DNA of 64,000 bases from Malacoraja senta (GCA_038087875.1 CM075982.1:36642001-36706000), one strand, 5' to 3'. Shown: positions 13,061 through 24,708, numbered from the stretch's first letter. The notes: generated from the letters alone by a model not told the origin. Numbers and translations: made by a program.

Positions 13061-13159
13061 CTGCAACAAGACAAAATAATCAAGGAGATTTCTCATGGCA
13101 ATAGTTTTGCCAAACGTAAAATTTTTAGTACTACAGAAAAAGACGATTTTAGTACTTAC

Positions 13160-13327
13160 AATGTTCAGGACAAAAAGCGATGCAAGGGTTGAATTTGGCA
13201 GGACTGCGCACACGTCAAATGCACCAAATGCTTGAACGTTTATGATTTTATTTGCAGCCTGCAGAACTGGCGATCGAGTGGCTCGCAGGCGCATTTCCAT
13301 TGGCATGTTAGGATAGAGCTTCGCCAG
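13160..13327 (-). CDS. BPI/LBP-family gene, exon 10 equivalent (168 bp)
   Basis: cag|CTG...ATT|gtaagt; LAKLYPNMPMEMRLRATRSPVLQAANKIINVQAFGAFDVCAVLPNSTLASLFVLNI vs BPI VAKKFPNMKIQ...FAVLPNSSLASLFLIGM. Confidence 0.95.
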
Positions 13328-13583
13328 CTGTTGAGACGTATATTCTATTAATATTTAGGTAATTTATGTCATTTCCCCCACAGATTGTGCCTGATCTCTA
13401 AGCATCAGTATTTTATGTTATTTTTATTTCATGTTTCCAGAGCCTGAAGAATTTTTCTCTGGTGATGTTCGTCTTTCCCATCATAGAGTAACGTGCAAAG
13501 AACAGTGATGTGATAACAATGGTGATATGGGATAAGGAGCGTTTAATATCAGACAAGAGTTTGCAAACCCATGAAACACTTAC

Positions 13584-13643
13584 CCGAGGTACGATTACAC
13601 TGAAGGACTTTGTGTTTAATCTGACAGGCGATAGACTCGGAAT
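13584..13643 (-). CDS. BPI/LBP-family gene, exon 9 equivalent (60 bp)
   Basis: ttttccccag|ATT...CGG|gtaagt; IPSLSPVRLNTKSFSVIVPR vs BPI [20 protein letters not shown]. Confidence 0.93.
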
Positions 13644-13970
13644 CTGGGGAAAACAGAAAGGAATTAGCCAATTTTCTGGGGGTATTTTGTGTGACTGTAT
13701 CAAACATCATATATACATAAATTCTTCAAAGGCAAGTGTGGATTTCAAATCTCATCTGCAATTCTGAGATTGGATTTATAAATCACTGCAGATTGCATTG
13801 ACAAAAATCTGGAGCATTATTAAAGTTATTGCAAAATATATAGTATTTCTAAAGAACTCATTCTCTAATAATAAATCTAGATTTACTGAAAGTAAATAAT
13901 CAATATACCAGTTCTGCCTCCTAACCTATGCTTCATCTTCATTTCATATTTTCCACTTGAAGTAGAGGTA

Positions 13971-14465
13971 TGGCACGGTGGTGCAGCGGTAGAGTTCCTG
14001 CCTTACAGCGCTTGCAGCGCTGGAGACCCAGGTTCGATCCCGACTACGGGTGCTGTCTGTATGGAGTTTGTATGCACTCCCCGTGGGTTTTCTTCAAGAT
14101 CTTCGGTTTCCTCCCACACTCCAAAGACGTACAGGTATGTAGGTAAATTGGCTTGGTAAATGTAAAAAGTGTCCCTAATGTGTGTAGGATGGTGTTAATA
14201 CGCGGGGATCGCTGGTCGGCGTGGACCTGGTGGGCCAAAGGACCTGTTTCCGCTCAGTAGCTCTAAACTAAACTAAAGGAAATGTACTGCAGCGAATCAG
14301 CCTACCCGAGTGTCTTTGGGATGTGGGAGGATATTTGAGCCTCCAGGCCAAACCCATGTGGCTGCAGGGAGAACACGCAAACTCCTGTCAGACAGCACCA
14401 AAGGTCAGGGCTGAACCCTGGTCACTGGAATACTGAGATGGCAACACGACCTGCAGAACCATTGT
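13971..14465. mobile_element. Two tail-to-tail V-SINE (HE1-like) copies: 13971-14276 (+) and about 14290-14465 (-)
   Basis: tRNA-like head ggcacggtggtgcagcggtagag...ggttcgatcc, V-domain and (ctaaa)n tail; the second copy is an inverted partial. Confidence 0.75.
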
Positions 14466-15019
14466 GCCTCTCTGCCAATTGATGAACCATGGAAACAGGC
14501 CCCATAAATCACCAGACATTGCTACCCCTTGTTGCTCTGTGACCAAACAAAGCTCATATTCATATAATAATTTATTATTTTAAAACAATGTCATTGTTCA
14601 AACAAGCGACAATTGAAAATGGAGTAAGTTTCTGACAGGAAGGTGCTTTATTTGTTACTCCTTCCTCGCACAGTGAAATGAAATCAGCAGCCTGGAATTT
14701 GGAGTAAGAACAACAGTGAAACCATTGACTCCTCAATGATGCCATGAAGTAAATTAGGCAGCAATGATCAGTGTTCCTAATAAACGTAATCAAAGACGGA
14801 ATCAGACAGTCCAATGCGCCCCCACTTGCGTCACTGCACAGGTGATAACGAGTGCTTGTCCAGTGCATCTTCAGAGTAGTTGTGATCAGCAGGTAAATGT
14901 TGCCTCAGTGTTACACCTCCACATCGTTTCACAGCAATCTACTGCAGAAACCCACCTCCAGTGAAAATAATAACCTCGTTTGTATACACTGGGGCAGTGA
15001 AAGGATGCCTTTTACCCAC

Positions 15020-15196
15020 CATTTTGTCAGTGATTTTCTTTTGTAAGACTCCAGCTTGATAATACACAAATCCTGCTGAGTTAGCAAGAAAATCAGATAT
15101 TCCCAAGTACAACATGCGATTGGATTGACTGGGAAGGCTGATTGGGGGTGGCTTGAAGGGAGGATCTTTCTTTTGTCCCACTCTGTTGAATTGACC
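15020..15196 (-). CDS. BPI/LBP-family gene, exon 8 equivalent (177 bp)
   Basis: tttttatag|GGT...ATG|gtgggt; GQFNRVGQKKDPPFKPPPISLPSQSNRMLYLGISDFLANSAGFVYYQAGVLQKKITDKM vs BPI GEFY...PPFAPP...[25 protein letters not shown]. Confidence 0.95.
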
Positions 15197-15794
15197 CTAT
15201 AAAAAGAATTAGATTTCAAATCTCAGATACTGCAAGAAGTCTCAAAAGGCACAGATAATGGAAAGAGCTGATCAATAACATTGGTTTTAACAACTGCCTG
15301 TTCATTTTCAAACTTCTGAATATAAACTTCAGTTGCCAGTTGAACCTTAGTTTGGACGAGACTACAAGATCACAGACCATCACTGCCTTGGTCCTAATGT
15401 GAACCAAAGTACAGGATTGTGGAGATGAGTGTGTTACTGTTCCCACAGTTCTTGGAACAGTAGGGTCAAAATCTTACGGATGTCATGGTCAGAATTGTTT
15501 CTCTAAATAATGTCAAGGTGATGGACAAAGTGCACTGTTTAGAAGCTTATCTTAATTAACATTAAGCTTTTTAAACTTAGGTCAGCTTCTGTTGTGCTAG
15601 AAAACTGAGGTTACCAATAAGCCTGGATAGTAAATATCTTTCACGAGATCACTGGTAACTTATAAATAGAGAACTCAAAAACAGTATTGGATATGTCTAA
15701 AGGCAACAGAACTATGAAACAGCCCAAATGTCAACCCATCCAACTGCCCATGTACACTCGCATCACCCTCCCCTCCCCAGGAGTCAGGGCCTAC

Positions 15795-15886
15795 CTTAAA
15801 ATCCAGGTCCATGGCGTTATTTGAAATTTGAATTTGATTAACCAGTGAATAGTCAACCTCAGCAAATGGGTTAATTTTGAACGATA
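15795..15886 (-). CDS. BPI/LBP-family gene, exon 7 equivalent (92 bp)
   Basis: tgttcttag|TA...AAG|gtaggc; (V)SFKINPFAEVDYSLVNQIQISNNAMDLDFK; size and phase 1->0 match BPI/LBP. Confidence 0.92.
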
Positions 15887-16443
15887 CTAAGAACACAGAG
15901 GGAAAAGAACATGAAATATAATGTGTAAGAAGGAACTGCAGATCACCAAAGTTTTACACTTGACCCGAAACGTCACCCATTCCTTCTCTCTAGAGATGCC
16001 ACCTGACCCGCTGAGTTACTCCAGCATTTTGTGTCTATCTTCAACATTAAATATAAAATATCAATACAAAAGATTTGAAATTCGCAAACCAGATTGTTTT
16101 TTGGCTACCACCAGGGTGAAAGGAGAGGACTGCATTTGGCTTCTGTTCCAGGTCTACGTGTGGACTTTTAGAGGCACAGTTAGTCTGACTCATGACCTTC
16201 CCCAGCTCTTAATGAGTTGAGATGAAAACAACCAAGTTTGGCAGTGGCTCACACGATGAGCTTTTGCTTTAGTCCATATCAAGTCTGTTGCCAGGACTTT
16301 CTCTTTCAGTTTCTGGAACACATCGCTTACTTCCGCAGCTGTCTGGCTGTTGCTGAGGTCCTGATCCTTAACGATGAGTATTGGTTCTTTCACCACCAGA
16401 ACCTGTTTTCCAATCCTTGTTGAGATTTAAATCCCAAGGTTTA

Positions 16444-16637
16444 AGGGCCTGTCCCACTTGGCCATCATTTGCACGTCATGCAGTTGGCGCGCGAAGATTT
16501 TGTGAATCCCCAAATCCTGGGCGCTGCGGGCGTAATGCACGCCATGCACGCATCACATGCGTGTCATGATGTGCGCGTTGTGCATCATGACGCGTAAATG
16601 ATGTCGCGCAAATGAGGCCCCAAGTGGGACAGGCCCT
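16444..16637. mobile_element. Short palindromic Harbinger-like MITE (194 bp)
   Basis: TIR AGGGCCTGTCCCACTTG...CAAGTGGGACAGGCCCT; TTA on both sides (16441-16443 and 16638-16640). Confidence 0.85.
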
Positions 16638-17591
16638 TTACAAAACTTCTTTGTGTTGTCACCTATGTATCCAGCCCTTCCAACCTTCTCAAATTACCAT
16701 ACAAATGTTGTAATCTCATCTTTACTCCCCATATGGCATTGACAGAGCGAGGCTCATTCATCTTTCTCTTTCAATACACCCCTGCTGACATTTTCCAGTT
16801 CTCTGGTCTGCATTCCTCCTCAGAAACCAATCCTGCCCCTCGATCTAGCCCCATGGCCAACACTTTAATTGCCTTCAAAATGTTTCTAAGCGAATGGCCA
16901 TTAATTGTTGGGTATAGGCTTTGGTTCCTGTCGCTATCTCCAGAGAGAGCTCAGAATTCACAGTCATCCCATCTTTTGAGTGAAATGTTAAATTCAGGCA
17001 CACAATTAAAATAAGCTGCCACTGTTTCAATTGCCCTTTCCCTTGGATTCTATCAATATTTATTTCTCAACCAATACCACTAAAGGCCATCCTGCCATTA
17101 GTAACTCCAGCTGCCACAAATGGACTGGTCTCAAATTTATATTTAATTGGTTGCAGAGCACTTTGAGATATTATCCAAGGATGACACAAGAAAGGTGCTG
17201 GAAACTGGAATAAAAAAGCAAACTGCTGGAGAAACAACAGGTCAAACATGGGCAGAGGGGAGAAATGATTGTCATTTCAGGTGAAAATCCTGCATCGATC
17301 GAGAGGAGAGACAGACAGTATAGAGGGCCGAGGTGACACAGGAACTGAGGAGGGGGGGCAGGATGGAGAGGTTGAGCTAGGGAAGGGGGCGGGGGGGGGG
17401 GGGGGAGGGGATGGTATTGGGACAGCAGGTGGGTGATAGGTGGAGGTAAACAAAAAAGGGCTGATGAAGCCAGGTGGGGGGAACAGGGAGAGTGAGGGTG
17501 AGGGTGGAGACAGCTTCTGGAGAAAGGGAAGCAGCAATCTTGAGAGAGTTTTTGGAGGGTGATGGAAGAATGAGGAGGGAGAACATAAAAC

Positions 17592-17791
17592 NNNNNNNNN
17601 NNNNNNNNNNNNNNNNNNNNNNNNNNNNNNNNNNNNNNNNNNNNNNNNNNNNNNNNNNNNNNNNNNNNNNNNNNNNNNNNNNNNNNNNNNNNNNNNNNNN
17701 NNNNNNNNNNNNNNNNNNNNNNNNNNNNNNNNNNNNNNNNNNNNNNNNNNNNNNNNNNNNNNNNNNNNNNNNNNNNNNNNNNNNNNNNNNN
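17592..17791. other. Assembly gap (200 N)
   Basis: Run of exactly 200 N, flanked by oppositely oriented Penelope-derived fragments. Confidence 0.99.
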
Positions 17792-18629
17792 GTCACCTCA
17801 GAACTCAAGGCCTGCTGGATCTGCCTGCTGCTAACCATTTTACCTTTCATTCCCATAATGACCTTTCTGTATTCAAGCACAAACTGGAGGAACAGCATCT
17901 CATATTCTACTTGGGTAGCTTGCAACCTAATGGTATGAACATTGGATTCTCCAATTTTAGGTAACTTCTTCTTCTTCTTTTCGTGTCTTTGAAGCTGGTT
18001 GGCTATATGACAGTTTCCCATTCCTTTACACAGTCCTTTGCTTTTTTATTGAACACTGCAAGATCCTTTGAGCTGCACTGGTTGGGTAGTAGGGGGCAGA
18101 CAAGGCAGTGCTGCATTGTGTGGTCCTCTTCTCCACTAATGTAACTTAAGCACCCCCCCTGTTTTCCCTCCCCCCTCCCCCTTTTATACCCCCTCATCCC
18201 TGTGCCCCACCTGGATGCACATCCATTTCTCCTTTCAGGACAAGAATCAAAAGTTAAGAATGTTCAATTGTCATATGCACCATCAATGGCAATGAAATTC
18301 TTAATTGCTCCAGCTTAACTGTCTCAATAAAGCAAAGACACACACACAAATAATAATCAATACATAAGTGATACTAGACAACAAAAATAGTACAAAACCA
18401 AAATCTGTGGTGTAACGAAAAACACAGTTTATAAAACATCATAGTTGCTGAAGTAGTGGTTAGTGTTTTGCTGTGTCCAAGAGCCTGATGATTGCTGTTC
18501 ATGATTTTCAGCCTCCTGTACCTTCTCCCCAATGGTAGTAGCAAAATGATAACATGGAGAGGATTGTGTAGGTCTTTCATATTGGCTGCCTTTTTGAGGC
18601 AGTACCTACCATTCTCTGTATCCTTAGAT

Positions 18630-18812
18630 AGACACAAAAAGTTGGAGTAACTCAGCAGTACAGGCAGCATCTCTGGAGAGAAGGAATAGGTGATATTTCA
18701 GGTCAAGACCCTTCTTCAGACTGGAAGGGTCTCAACCCAAAACGTTACCCATTCCTTCTCTCCAGAGATGCTGCCTGTCCCGCTGAGTTACTCCAGCTTT
18801 TTGTGACTATCT
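18630..18812. repeat. Fold-back (head-to-head) Penelope pLTR-derived element with arms of about 85 bp
   Basis: agacacaaaaagttggagtaactcagc...gacccttc / gaagggtc...gctgagttactccagctttttgtgact. Confidence 0.8.
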
Positions 18813-18869
18813 TTAGTTTCAATCAGCATCTGCAGTTCCTTCTTACACACTCTCTGTGTCCTTCATTCA

Positions 18870-20988
18870 TAAATTCAAGGAGCATAATTAGGCCATTTAG
18901 CCCATCAGGTCTACTACACCATTCAATCATGTCTGATCTATCTTTCCTTTTCAACCCCATTTTCCTGCCGCTGCCCCATAACCCCTGACGCCCATATTAA
19001 TCAAGAACCTATCTCTGGCTTAAAAACATCTATTGATTTGGCCCCCATAGCCGTCTGTGGCAATGAATTCCACAGATTCACCACTCCGACTAAAGAAATA
19101 CCTCATCATCTCCTTTCTACAGGTATGCCCTTTCATTCTGAAGCTATGGTCCCAGTTTCTCCCACCAGTGGAAACATCCTCCTCACATTCACTCTATCCA
19201 GGACTTTCACTACTCCGTAAGTTTCAATAAGGACCCACCTCATCCTTCTACCCTCATGCGAGTACAGGCCCAGTGCCTTCAAATGCTCATAATATGTTAA
19301 CCCACTCATTCCTGGGATCATTCTCTAAAACCTCCTCTCGATCCTCTCCACGCCACTACATCCGGGGAATTACAGACCAGTTAGTCTAACATCGGTAGTG
19401 GGGAAACTGCTAGAGTCACTTATTAAAGATGGGATAGCAGCACATTTGGAAAGTGGTGAAATCATTGGACAAAGTCAGCATGGATTTACGAAAGGTAAAT
19501 CATGTCTGACGAATCTTATAGAATTTTTCGAGGATGTAACTAGTAGAGTGGATAGGGGAGAACCAGTGGATGTGTTGTATCTGGACTTTCAGAAGGCTTT
19601 CGACAAGGTACCACATAAGAGATTAGTATACAAACTTAAAGCACACGGTATTGGGGGTTCAGTATTGATGTGGATAGAGAACTGGCTGGCAAACAGGAAG
19701 CAAAGAGTAGGAGTAAACGGGTCCTTTTCACAATGGCAGGCAGTGACTAGTGGGGTACCGCAAGGCTCAGTGCTGGGACCCCAGCTATTTACAATTTATA
19801 TTAATGACCTGGATGAGGGAATTGAAGGCAACATCTCCAAGTTTGCGGATGACACTAAGCTGGGGGGGGCGGTGTTAGCTGTGAGGAGGATGCTAGGAGA
19901 CTGCAAGGTGACTTGGATAGGCTGGGTGAGTGGGCAAATGTTTGGCAGATGCAGTATAATGTGGATAAATGTGAGGTTATCCACTTTGGTGGCAAAAACA
20001 GGAAAGCAGACTATTATCTAAATGGTGGCCGATTAGGAAATGGGGAGATGCAGCGAGACCTGGGTGTCATGGTACACCAGTCATTGAAAGTAGGCATGCA
20101 GGTGCAGCAGGCAGTGAAGAAAGCGAATGGTACGTTATCTTTCATAGCAAAAGGATTTGAGTATAGGAGCAGGGAGGTTCTACTGCAGTTGTACAGGGTC
20201 TTGGTGAGACCACACCTGGAGTATTGCGTACAGTTTTGGTCTCCAAATCTGAGGAAGGACATTATAGCCTTAGAGGGAGTGCAGAGAAGGTTCACCAGAC
20301 TGATTCCTGGGATGTCAGGACTTTCATATGAAGAAAGACTGGATAGACTTGGCTTATACTCGCTAGAATTTAGGAGATTGAGAGGGGATCTTATAGAAAC
20401 GTACAAAATTCTTATGGGGTTGGACAGGCTAGATGCAGGAAGATTGTTCCCGATGTTGGGGAAGTCCAGGACAAGGGGTCACAGCTTAAGGATCAGGGGG
20501 AAATCCTTTAAGACCGAGATGAGGAAAAACTTTTTCACACAGAGAGTGGTGAATCTCTGGAACTCTCTGCCACAGAGGGTAGTCGAGGCCAGTTCATTGG
20601 CTATATTTAAGAGGGAGTTAGATGTGGCCCTTGTGGCTAAAGGGATCAGAGGGTATGGAGAGAAGGCAGGTACGGGATACTGAGTTGGATGATCAGCCAT
20701 GATCATATTGAATGGCGGTGCAGGCTCGAAGGCCCGAATGGCCTACTCCTGCACCTATTTTCTATGTATCTATGTATCCTTCCTCAGATATGGGGCCAAA
20801 ACTGCTCCCAGTACTCCAAATTCGGTTTGACTAGTGCCTTATAAAGCCTTTACATTACGTGCCTGTTTTTGTATTCTAGCCCTCTCGAAATAAATGCAAG
20901 TATTGCATTCACCTACCTTACTACCGATTCGACTTGCAAATTAACTTTTGGGGAATCCTGCACCAGCACTCCCAAGTCCCTTTGCAGG
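18870..20988 (-). mobile_element. Older CR1 3' fragment, host of the younger CR1 at 19364-20775
   Basis: MIPGMSGLTYYEHLKALGLYS remnant; host reads ...actacatcc|ttcctcagatatgggg across the insert. Confidence 0.75.
19364..20775 (+). mobile_element. Young 5'-truncated CR1 LINE (RT)
   Basis: [24 protein letters not shown] and SKFADDTKL; single frameshift at the G-run near 19862-19870; (TCTATGTA) tail; ATCC at both junctions. Confidence 0.92.
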
Positions 20989-21680
20989 TAGATAAGATTA
21001 ATTTAGATTAGTATCATGTTCACGCTGAGATGGTGGGCCAGAGATGACGTTCTTGCTTTGTACTATTTTATGTTCCTTATATATTCTAGGCAGAGACTGA
21101 CTGAAATTGAGAAATTGCTACTGAGGCCACGATTCGATTAACCATTATGTTGATGATAAAGCGGGATCAGGGAACAAATGGTCTTCTCCAGCTCCTGGCT
21201 CGTGTGAAGGCTTTAGAGAAAGTGCACAAGAGATTTACTCAGTTGAATCTGGACTATAGATGGTATGACAGAGAGAAACTGGTCCCATTGGTTAAGCTTG
21301 TTATTTTTTAAAGCAGATGAAGACTGAAGATTATTGACCATCCTGGTTTGTTTACATAGAGCCGGTGTAGTCTCAATGGGCTGAATGGTCTTTTACATTT
21401 TGTGAACATTGTGGTTCTAAAGTTGAAAGATGTAACCTTAGAGGACCAAGATTTACCTGAATTAAAACTGATTCCACAAATGGCTTGTTATGTGGGGAGA
21501 TGCACTAATTAACTTAATTGAAACAATTGCTAACCATGAGATAAATGTCAAATTCTTGTTTTTTTCCCCCTGTTGCTAGTTGTTCTGATCTGGAATTCAC
21601 AGTAACTGTGCATGTGGAATCGGATACATTGTTAAAGTTGATTGCCAGTCAATGGACAAAGTGCAGGAGACTGAAACTAA

Positions 21681-22254
21681 AAGGCCTGTCTCACGAATCT
21701 GTGGTCATTGGCGGCGAAACGGGAAGAATCTGCCGCCATAGACCGCGCACTCGTGAGAAAGAACAATTCCCGGGCCGTGCGACGGTGTTCCCAACACCGC
21801 GCGGTGCAAAAATAAAATCGACAATGTCGAAAACCAAATACTCACCGCACAACCTCCACCTGTGATGCACGAGTGCGCACGGCCGCCGCCAGTGTGGGTC
21901 GAGCGCCGTGCGTCAAACCTCCTCTGCCACAGCCTCCGCCAGTGACGCACGTGCCGCCGCCAGTGAGGCACGTGTGCTGCGCGGCCGCAGGCACAGCCAC
22001 CGCTACAGCGCCGCGATCAGGATGCCGCTGGTGAGTCACGTGCGGGGGGCCGACGTCATCGCAGTCGGCCCGCCCTTTTTTTACTTACCGCAAGCACGTG
22101 GGACCCGCCGTGTTTGAATTAACTCGGCCCCCGCGCAACATCCGTGCGGCGCTCCGGTGGATAGCCTCGACGCTCTCGCCGTTGCCGCGCGGTCCTAGCT
22201 ACCGTCTACACCGCGCTTCACCGCCGATGACCGCAAACAGGTAAGACACGGCCT
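21681..22254. mobile_element. CpG-rich Harbinger-like MITE (574 bp)
   Basis: Imperfect TIRs AAGGCCTGTCTCAC...GTAAGACACGGCCT; TAA on both sides (21678-21680 and 22255-22257). Confidence 0.7.
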
Positions 22255-22316
22255 TAAATTATACTTCTTGGTCTTCTTGTCTTTCCATTTTGTATGATTT
22301 GATAAGCTTAGCTAAC

Positions 22317-22371
22317 CTTGTAGTGTTGCTGTCATATGGTTTATTGAATCAAAAATGCTGTCAAACCAGAT
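22317..22371 (-). CDS. Candidate divergent exon 6 of the BPI/LBP-family gene (55 bp)
   Basis: tttctcctctgtctcag|ATC...CAAG|gttagc; IWFDSIFDSINHMTATLQ(V); phase 0->1 joins exon 7 to form GTA=Val. It is shorter than the usual 61-64 bp and lacks the conserved Cys. Confidence 0.38.
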
Positions 22372-22529
22372 CTGAGACAGAGGAGAAACAAATTTAGCAG
22401 TAGCTTTAGGAATTAACCAGCCCTTCACAAAATTTGTTTTGTGTCATTAGGTGTTACATGACTGAGGACCGCATGAATAGGTGCTTTAGATCAGAATCTG
22501 ATCAGTGAAATAGGATCAAGTAAAGTTTA

Positions 22530-23577
22530 TCAAGCAAAGTGGGGAGAGAGGAGGGGGTGAGAGAGGAAGGGGGGGTAGAGAGGAGGGGGGAGAGGTGGAG
22601 GGTCGGGCGAGTGAGTGGGCTGCGAAAAGCGGAGATAGCCCAGGGAGAGAGAAAGAGAGTACAGGGTCCGACTATCTGGAAACACGGAGGGAGGGAGGAG
22701 CAGGATAGGAGCAGTTAGCAGCGGGATGGAGGGGCGGGGGAAGGGCATGACTTCACTCGCTGCACAGGCCGTGAGGAGAAAGTTCTTCAAAAGCTCGTGA
22801 GCGCCGGAGACCTCGGGATCTGCAGAACTTGCTCGTTCTTTCTGCGCCTTTTGAAGAATGGGGGGGGGGGGAGGGTGGTGACATAACTCGTGGAAAACAG
22901 TGCGCCTGTGTGTAGACAGCAGCTGCTTTAATCCAGAGCCGGGGGGGGGGCACGAGACAGGTGGGCCACGAGCAAAGGCATTGTGATGTCATCAGCTGGC
23001 CAGTGGGTAGATTTGAAAAAAAAAGTCAGATATGTGAACAGTTATAATGAAAAAGTCGGGAAATAATTAACAGATGAGGGGATCTTTGAAATCATGAGGT
23101 AAATCTCTACCGGAATAGGTTAAAATTTCACCATTTCGGCATCGCGTTTTCAAGGAGATGTGAATCAAATGCAAAATGACACACACACAGAGTTTTAATA
23201 AGTACTAGACCAAGTGCAGACCCGTTGGGTCTGTTTCAATGCGCGGTTGCGAGGGGGGGGCAGGCCTTAGGCGTCACATACACACTAACCACCCCCACAC
23301 ACTAACATATGATATTAATATTAATTCGCTCCTTTTACTCCATCCCCCGCCCTATCCACTCACGCATAACCCCCAACTGCGCAGGCGTGGCTGGGGGGGG
23401 GGGGTGGAGATGGAGAGTGAAGGGGAGGGGGTAGAGATTGGGCGGTGGGGGGGGGGGCATGGCATCACAGGGGAGGGCTGGTTCCCAAACGCAATACTCC
23501 ACCACTCACCCATAGGTCCCAATTTTCACCACTCCCGAGAGAGGGGGGCAGAGAGGAAGAGTGGGGCAGAGAGGCTA
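22530..23577 (-). mobile_element. Helitron-like non-autonomous repeats; 3' terminus at 23205
   Basis: Minus strand AGACCC-AAC-GGGTCT hairpin, then about 9 nt, then CTAG|T. The adjacent tacttattaaaactct resembles a Helitron 5' end. Boundaries approximate. Confidence 0.5.
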
Positions 23578-23765
23578 ATACCAAACCAATTAACCTACAG
23601 ACCTTTGGAATGTGAAAGATAACCGAAGATTTCGGAGAAAACCCATGCGGTCATGGGGAGAATGTACAAACTCCGTACAGACAGCACCTGTAGTCGGAAT
23701 CAAACCCGGGTCTCTGGCGCTGCAAGCGTTGTAAGGCAGCAACTGTACTGTTGACCCACCGAGCT
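23578..23765 (-). mobile_element. V-SINE (HE1-like) fragment
   Basis: Reverse complement of the 13971-14150 SINE body. Confidence 0.75.
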
Positions 23766-24708
23766 GTCCTCGTGTAGGTCGTTTGAAAAGAGCGTATCTC
23801 GACTCTTATCTGATTGCCCAGACATTTTCTTACTTGTACCAATCAGGAAGTGAGAGCAGTTTATCTAATCCAGGTGTACCACCATTACCCCTTTTGCACT
23901 TTAGCAAGGTCAATTAATCCTGTGTAATCCTGGAATCTGAACCATTAGACTCCTGGTGGACCGATCGTAACCTCTGCAGGAACTTTATCCACAGTCCCAG
24001 CAATTGCATGCAGTTGCTACACTCGAAGCCAAACTCAAGAGTTCTATACATTCTTAACTTACAAAACTCCAAATGACATTCTTTTGCTTTAAAACTCAAC
24101 TATATCCACTTAATCCAAACCCGAAACCAAGGCCCCAAGGCGTTTACAACCCAGGATGTTTAGATTAGATTTTATTCCTTGTCATTTGAACCTCAAAGAG
24201 GCTCAAACGAAACTCTGTTTCCACAGCCATACAAACAAAACAATTCCTACACGACACACAAACAATTCAATTTACAGAAAACATCTATCACAGTGAATCT
24301 CCTCCTCACTGTGATGGAAGGCAAAGTCTTTTCTCTCTTTTCTCTCCCCTGCACCATGATATGTTACATATATCATTAGAAATAGTTTGACAAGATAAAC
24401 AACAGTGTTTTGTTTTTTAAGACATTTTGTTGGTTAAAGGATAAATATTATGGCTCTATTATTGGAGATAATCACTTCATTATTTAGGGGCTATTATTCC
24501 CCTTATTATTTCGGGCTTCAATTGGTCACATCGGAAATACACTTGAATTTATGCTAATATGGCAGTGTAAGTTGTGCGAGAAGTTTCATGTGTGGGAATT
24601 GAGCACACTCCCTCAAATGAAGGCTGAGATAGTACCCTTGATCTATCTTAAGGCAATGATACGTATTAACGGAATAAACTATATGATCATTGGTCGCTAA
24701 AGAGTTAA

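Noticed and set aside
11772-14276. tRNA-like sequences
   Set aside because: These are SINE heads continuing into V-domain bodies, not tRNA genes.
16190-16400. Protein-like ORF KEPILIVKDQDLSNSQTAAEVSDVFQKLKEKVL upstream of BPI exon 7
   Set aside because: No polypyrimidine acceptor, no BPI similarity, and size and phase do not fit exon 6.
23833-23960. Strong minus-strand donor with a faint IPDYTG-like resemblance to BPI exon 2
   Set aside because: Needs a frameshift, contains stops and has no proper acceptor; chance similarity cannot be excluded.
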